From Deltaproteobacteria bacterium (GTDB lineage: Bacteria; Myxococcota_A; Polyangia; Polyangiales; Houyiibacteriaceae), in the NCBI GenBank assembly GCA_034670305.1, contig JAXMNT010000010.1, positions 64,001-128,000 on the forward strand: 64,000 bases of DNA, written 5' to 3'. Positions within the stretch are counted from its first letter, which is position 1. Every line of letters starts with the position of its first letter. The notes under the pieces were generated by a model. The model made no database searches. It had not been told where the DNA came from and saw only the letters and a list, made by a program, of their open reading frames with translations. Positions 59,532 to 64,000 of the stretch are shown piece after piece. The position numbers and the translations under genes were made by a program.

Positions 59532-60206
59532 ATGCGAACCCGAAGCTTCTGTCTTGTACTTGGCCTTCTCGCGGCGTGCGGCGGGGACGACGACGGCGGG
59601 GTCGACGCCGCGACGAACGACGCAGGCGCGGTCGATGGTGGTCAGGACGCCGGCGGCGGCGAGGACGCCGGCGCAGGCGAAGACGCCGGCGGGGACGAAG
59701 ACGCGGGCGAAGGCGAAGACGCTGGCGGGGACGATGCGGGCCTGGACGCGGGTGCGATGGACGCAGGCACGGACGCGGCGATGCTCGCCGACGGAGAGTG
59801 CCGCTCCGAAGCCGATTGCACGGGCTTCATGTCCTGTTTCCGTCCCGGCGACCCCTTCTGCGGGATCTGCATGGACCCGCCGACCTGCGCCGACTCGGAC
59901 GAGTGCTCCGACGGACAGGTCTGCGACGCCCCGAGCCGGTCCGCCTGTCTGTGCGGCGGAGGCGGTATGATCTGCCAGGCCCACTGTTCCGAGCGCACCT
60001 GCGACGAAGGCCTCACCTGCGACGCCGACGGCCTCTGCAAAGCGACGGCCTGCACGAACGACGACGAGTGTCCCAGCGGCTTCGCGTGCGACGCGGAGAC
60101 CTGCGCACGCCGCACCTGCACCACCGACGCCCAATGCGCCGGCGCCTACTGCGTCCGCGGCAGCTGCTTCTCCGAACCCGGCTTCTGCTCCGTCCCGCCC
60201 GCTTGA
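59532..60206 (+). CDS. Cys-rich lipoprotein with DAG-repeat linker
   Basis: Lipobox LAAC, (EDAG) repeats, Cys repeats. Confidence 0.8.
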   Translation: MRTRSFCLVLGLLAACGGDDDGGVDAATNDAGAVDGGQDAGGGEDAGAGEDAGGDEDAGEGEDAGGDDAGLDAGAMDAGTDAAMLADGECRSEADCTGFMSCFRPGDPFCGICMDPPTCADSDECSDGQVCDAPSRSACLCGGGGMICQAHCSERTCDEGLTCDADGLCKATACTNDDECPSGFACDAETCARRTCTTDAQCAGAYCVRGSCFSEPGFCSVPPA

Positions 60207-60224
60207 CCTGAGGTCGACGGCAAC

Positions 60225-60442
60225 GGCTTCGGCTTCGGCTTCGGCTTCGGCTTCGGCGTCGGATTCGGCTTCGGCTTCGGATTCGGCTTCGGGATCGGAT
60301 TCGGCTTCGGCGTCGGCTTCGGCTTCGGATTCGGATTCGGGGTCGGCTTCGGGGTCGGCTTCGGGGTCGGCTTCGGGATCGGATTCGGCTTCGGGGTCGG
60401 ATGCGGGATCGGCGTCGGATCGGGCACGGGCACGGGCACGGG
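60225..60442. repeat. Hexamer tract T7 (GGCTTC/GGATTC/GGGGTC)n capped by (GGGCAC)3GGG
   Basis: Between convergent stops at 60206 and 60484. Confidence 0.93.
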
Positions 60443-60483
60443 TCTCGTTCGCCGGGGCTCACTCCCGGGCCTCACTCCCGGGC

Positions 60484-61338
60484 TCACTCCCGGGCGTTGA
60501 TCGACCAGTCGTACGGCCGGTACCGAAGGCGGGTGCGTTCGTTCGACACCGTCGACGCGCCCGCTTCGTCGAGCTGGGCGGCGACGAACGCCCGCACTCC
60601 GCCGACCCGTTCGAAGTCGCCCTCGAACCACTCGAAGAGCTGACTCACCGTAGCGCGGCGGCCGGCGATCTCGGTCGTGCGCCGCACGTGTTCGCGCGCG
60701 CCGGCGGCCAGCTGCGCCTCGAGGTTCTCTGCCGTGAACGGAAGCGGCTGCAGTGGCGGACACGAAGTGCTCGCACAGTTCACCGCGAAATGAATCCGCG
60801 GCTCCGCGAACCGCTCCCCGCGAATCGTCTCGTTCTCGAGCGCGTTCAAGGTCACCGTCTGACCAGCGACCTGGTGGGTCCGCTCGTCGAAGAAGCCTTC
60901 TTCCGACAAGACGTTCTCCACTGGCCACAACTCGAGCACGGATGCGATGGTCAGCGCGTTGTAGGCGTTGATGTAGAACGCGAGCGCTTCGTCCCGGCTC
61001 AGGCCTTCGACCGAGGCGGTGGCGATGGCTTCGGTGAACGCGTTCAACTTCGCGCGGTCTTCGGTCGCCGCATGAAGAGCCGCGTAGCGGAAACCCCCGT
61101 CTTCGGTCCGGTATGTCGCGAGGATCGAGCCCCACCCTGCCAGGTCCAGGGCAGAAGGCGGCGCTGGGTCCGCCACCTCGACTGCAGCGCGTTCGACCGG
61201 CGCTTCGGCCGGTGCTTCGGCTTCGGTCGGTGATGCCTCCATCGTGGAAGCACCCGACGAACGTTCGGTGGGGGTTGGCGACTCGGAACCGCATCCGAGC
61301 CCGAGAGCCGCGACCAGTAAGCAGAAGGAATGACGCAT
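60484..61338 (-). CDS. DUF547 lipoprotein
   Basis: Lipobox GLGC, AFYINAYNA, EPRIHFAVNCASTSCP and YDWSIN. Confidence 0.9.
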   Translation of the reverse strand: MRHSFCLLVAALGLGCGSESPTPTERSSGASTMEASPTEAEAPAEAPVERAAVEVADPAPPSALDLAGWGSILATYRTEDGGFRYAALHAATEDRAKLNAFTEAIATASVEGLSRDEALAFYINAYNALTIASVLELWPVENVLSEEGFFDERTHQVAGQTVTLNALENETIRGERFAEPRIHFAVNCASTSCPPLQPLPFTAENLEAQLAAGAREHVRRTTEIAGRRATVSQLFEWFEGDFERVGGVRAFVAAQLDEAGASTVSNERTRLRYRPYDWSINARE

Positions 61339-61477
61339 GGACCCCGTACGCCAACACGGGCTCGATGTTTTGGTCAATCGTTCCCTGCGCACAGAAAGGC
61401 CCGCGGCCGGCGCTGTCTTCGCGAACCGCAGCGCCGAGTGAGAACGTTTCGGGGGCTGGGGCGTCTGCACCCGTAAG

Positions 61478-62401
61478 ATGTCGGTGGTGGGGACGAGCGT
61501 GCACGACGAAGAGCAGGAAGACCGGCGGCGGTGGTTGTGGCTGCTGGCTGCTGTTGCGGTGTCGGTCGTGCTGCACGTGGTGCTCTACGGCTCGTTCGTG
61601 CCCAGCCGTTCCGAAGGTTGGGCGGAGGAACAGGCCGCGCAGACGCTGTTCGTCGACACGCCGCCGGCCACCGTGGGCCCAGGCGCGGACTCCCGGCGCA
61701 CCGAACCAGAAGGCGAAGGGGCCGAGACCACGGCCACCGACCTGCCACGGCAGGGTTCCGCCCGTGCGCTGCGCCCCACTCCGAACACCGTGTCTCCGAA
61801 CACCGTGTCTCCCAACACCGTGTCTGCAGAAGACCCCGACTCGCCGCTGATCCCAGTCCAGACCGAAGAGACGGAGTCCGGGGATCCCGACGGCGAGGCA
61901 GAGTCGAACGAAGCGTTCCTCGCCGCGCTCGCCGCCCGGTCGCAGGTGGCACGCGGTCCGGGCTCGGCCGGTGGCTGCGGCGACCCGTTGCTCGGGACGT
62001 GGCGGGCCCGGCGCTACGACACCGATCACGAACGCCATGTGACGTTCACGCTGCGCATCGAAGAACGCCGACCCGCGGGCGGACACGATGCGCTCACTGG
62101 AACCATCACCCTGCGGGCTTGGAACGGTGGGCGGGACCAACGAAGTCCACCCCGCTGCCGACCGGGCGTGTCCGACCACACCGTGCGCCAACCGGCGACC
62201 GGACAAATCGCCGGCGACCAAGTGCGCTTCGAAGGGCGCTCGCACGTGCGTACGATCAACTGCATCGACGCGGGCCAGTGGGTCTACAACCTCGACCGGT
62301 TCACCGGCACGCTCGAAGGCAACACGCTGAGCGTGGTGAACAACGACGGCGGCAACGAACGCAACGCGCCCTACCGCTTCCGCCGCACCGCCTGCAACTG
62401 A
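61478..62401 (+). CDS. Membrane-anchored protein, unknown function
   Basis: N-terminal TM, (PNTVS)3 15-bp repeat, beta-rich C-terminal domain with Cys pairs. Start may be the GTG at 61487. Confidence 0.7.
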   Translation: MSVVGTSVHDEEQEDRRRWLWLLAAVAVSVVLHVVLYGSFVPSRSEGWAEEQAAQTLFVDTPPATVGPGADSRRTEPEGEGAETTATDLPRQGSARALRPTPNTVSPNTVSPNTVSAEDPDSPLIPVQTEETESGDPDGEAESNEAFLAALAARSQVARGPGSAGGCGDPLLGTWRARRYDTDHERHVTFTLRIEERRPAGGHDALTGTITLRAWNGGRDQRSPPRCRPGVSDHTVRQPATGQIAGDQVRFEGRSHVRTINCIDAGQWVYNLDRFTGTLEGNTLSVVNNDGGNERNAPYRFRRTACN

Positions 62402-62497
62402 GCACAGCTCGCCTCGCGAGCGTGGCCACGACAAGACTGCGTCCAGGCTGCCGAGTCTTGCTGCCCGGTGATTGACTCCGAGACGCCGCTCGGCCCT

Positions 62498-63103
62498 TCA
62501 GCGTTTGGGCGCGACCATGCGGGCGCGCTGCACATGGGTCAGCGCGACGGCGAGCGCGTCGGTCTCGTCGTTGGGGACGTCGGTGGTCATCTGAAGGATC
62601 GCGCCGACGAGCCGGGCAACCTGCTCTTTGGTCGCGCTGCCTTTGCCGGCCACGGTGCGTTTCACGAGCGCCGGCGCGTAGGCGTGCACCGGCAAACCCG
62701 CTTGCGCCGCGACCAAGAGCGCGACGCCCCGCGCGTGCCCGAGCACCAACGCAGAGCGTGCGTTCTTGTGGTGGAACAGGTCCTCCACCGCCACCGCCTG
62801 CGGCCGGTGCGCGGCGATGGCTGCGGTCAGCCCTTCGGCGATCGCGGCAAGGCGCTTCTCAAGCGGCTCTTTGGCGCCGGTCTTGACCACGCCCGATGCG
62901 ATGCGCCGGGCGCGCGGACCATGCGTCTCCACCACGCCCCATCCGGTCACGCGGGTGCCAGGGTCGATGCCGAGGACGCGCAGACTCGGTGCCGGCGCCC
63001 TCGCCACCCGAGGTTTGCCCGCGGCCCGCGGAGCCCCCGAACGCAGCTCGTCCATCGAACGCAACGTGCTCTTCGTCGAGGGATCCTTCTTCTTCGTGCT
63101 CAC
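62498..63103 (-). CDS. ruvC: Holliday junction resolvase RuvC
   Basis: LGIDPG, AVEDLF, LGHARGV, GKGSATKEQV and DETDALAVA. Confidence 0.95.
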   Translation of the reverse strand: MSTKKKDPSTKSTLRSMDELRSGAPRAAGKPRVARAPAPSLRVLGIDPGTRVTGWGVVETHGPRARRIASGVVKTGAKEPLEKRLAAIAEGLTAAIAAHRPQAVAVEDLFHHKNARSALVLGHARGVALLVAAQAGLPVHAYAPALVKRTVAGKGSATKEQVARLVGAILQMTTDVPNDETDALAVALTHVQRARMVAPKR

Positions 63104-63852
63104 TCGTCTTCGAGCGCGGCCAGCGCTTCGGCCGAGAGCTCGAAGTCCGTGAACACGTTCTGGACGTCGTCGTGATCTTCGAGCGCTTCGTAGAGCCCCA
63201 TCAACTTCGCCGCGTCGTCACCCGAGACTTCTTTGACGTTGTTCGGGATGTACTCGAGCTTCGCTTCTTTGGGCTCCATGCCACCCGCCGCCAAACCGGT
63301 GGAGACCGAGTCGAGATCCTCCCGCACGGTCACGACCAACCAGACGTCGTCTTCGTCTTGCAGGTCTTCTGCGCCGACCCCAGCGGCGAGCTCGAACACG
63401 GTCTCGAAGTCGCCCACCTTCTTGTCGAGCCGGATCATGCCCTTCTGCTCGAAGGCCCACATCGCAGCGCCGCTCGAGCTGAGCTCGCCGTTGCCCTTCT
63501 CGAAGATCTTTCGAACTTCGGCCGCGGTGCGGTTTCGGTTGTCGGTCATCACCTCGAGCAAGAACAACGTGCCGCTCGGCCCCACGCCCTCGTAGATGAA
63601 CTCCTCGTACATCACCCCTTCGAGCTCGCCGGTGCCCTTCTTGATGGCCCGGGTGATGTTGTCGTTCGGCATGTTCTCGGCGCGCGCGGCTTCGATCGCG
63701 TGCCGCAGTCGGGCATTGCCGGCTGGGTCACCGCCGCCCATGCGCGCGGAGATGGTGATCTCCTTGATCAGCTTCGTAAAAATCTTCCCGCGTTTGGCGT
63801 CGGCTGCGCCCTTCTTGCGTTTGATCGTCGACCACTTGCTGTGCCCACTCAT
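63100..63852 (-). CDS. yebC: YebC/PmpR family protein
   Basis: MSGHSKWSTIKRKKG, TDNRNRT, LEDHDDVQNV. Confidence 0.97.
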   Translation of the reverse strand: MSGHSKWSTIKRKKGAADAKRGKIFTKLIKEITISARMGGGDPAGNARLRHAIEAARAENMPNDNITRAIKKGTGELEGVMYEEFIYEGVGPSGTLFLLEVMTDNRNRTAAEVRKIFEKGNGELSSSGAAMWAFEQKGMIRLDKKVGDFETVFELAAGVGAEDLQDEDDVWLVVTVREDLDSVSTGLAAGGMEPKEAKLEYIPNNVKEVSGDDAAKLMGLYEALEDHDDVQNVFTDFELSAEALAALEDE

Positions 63853-64000
63853 GGGGGCGCTGATAGCACTGGCACGGCCGACGCGAAAGACAGGTTGTGG
63901 CGCCGGGTCGTGGTGCGTGTGCGCCGGCGCCCACGGGAGATCTTCCGAACCTCTGCGCCACGCGGTCGGTCGGAACGGGACCCGCGATGAAATGGGTCTA

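Overview
This is a high-GC bacterial chromosomal segment, most consistent with Myxococcota (Polyangiales/Sandaracinaceae-like). The evidence is a MYXO-CTERM protease, Cys-rich and DAG-linker lipoproteins, FHA/PEGA/TPR proteins and a Ser/Thr kinase. Main blocks: (i) a sigma54-driven metzincin lipoprotein running off the left edge, which the ORF track missed; (ii) a ~17 kb sigma54-driven Tad/Flp pilus locus with two CpaF ATPases and three FHA-type domains, resembling the myxobacterial Kil predation apparatus; (iii) a minus-strand run of prenyltransferase-like protein, Tat-signal DUF362 protein, leucyl aminopeptidase, larB, larC, larE and an acid-ceramidase-like hydrolase, with no larA. The DUF362 protein carries LarA-like His/Lys motifs and is a candidate exported nickel-pincer enzyme; (iv) peptidases, a standalone SIR2-helical protein, a PARP-type finger protein lacking most zinc ligands, ruvC and yebC. 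The non-coding DNA is highly structured. There is a 236-bp repeat with compensatory base changes at two loci, and seven long hexamer-repeat tracts that lie just past stop codons, one apparently in frame inside larE. G-quadruplex-type motifs and many TAnnnT boxes 5-10 nt before start codons (leaderless mRNAs) also occur. No rRNA, tRNA, CRISPR array or transposase was recognised. All family assignments come from motif recognition by eye, not from database searches.
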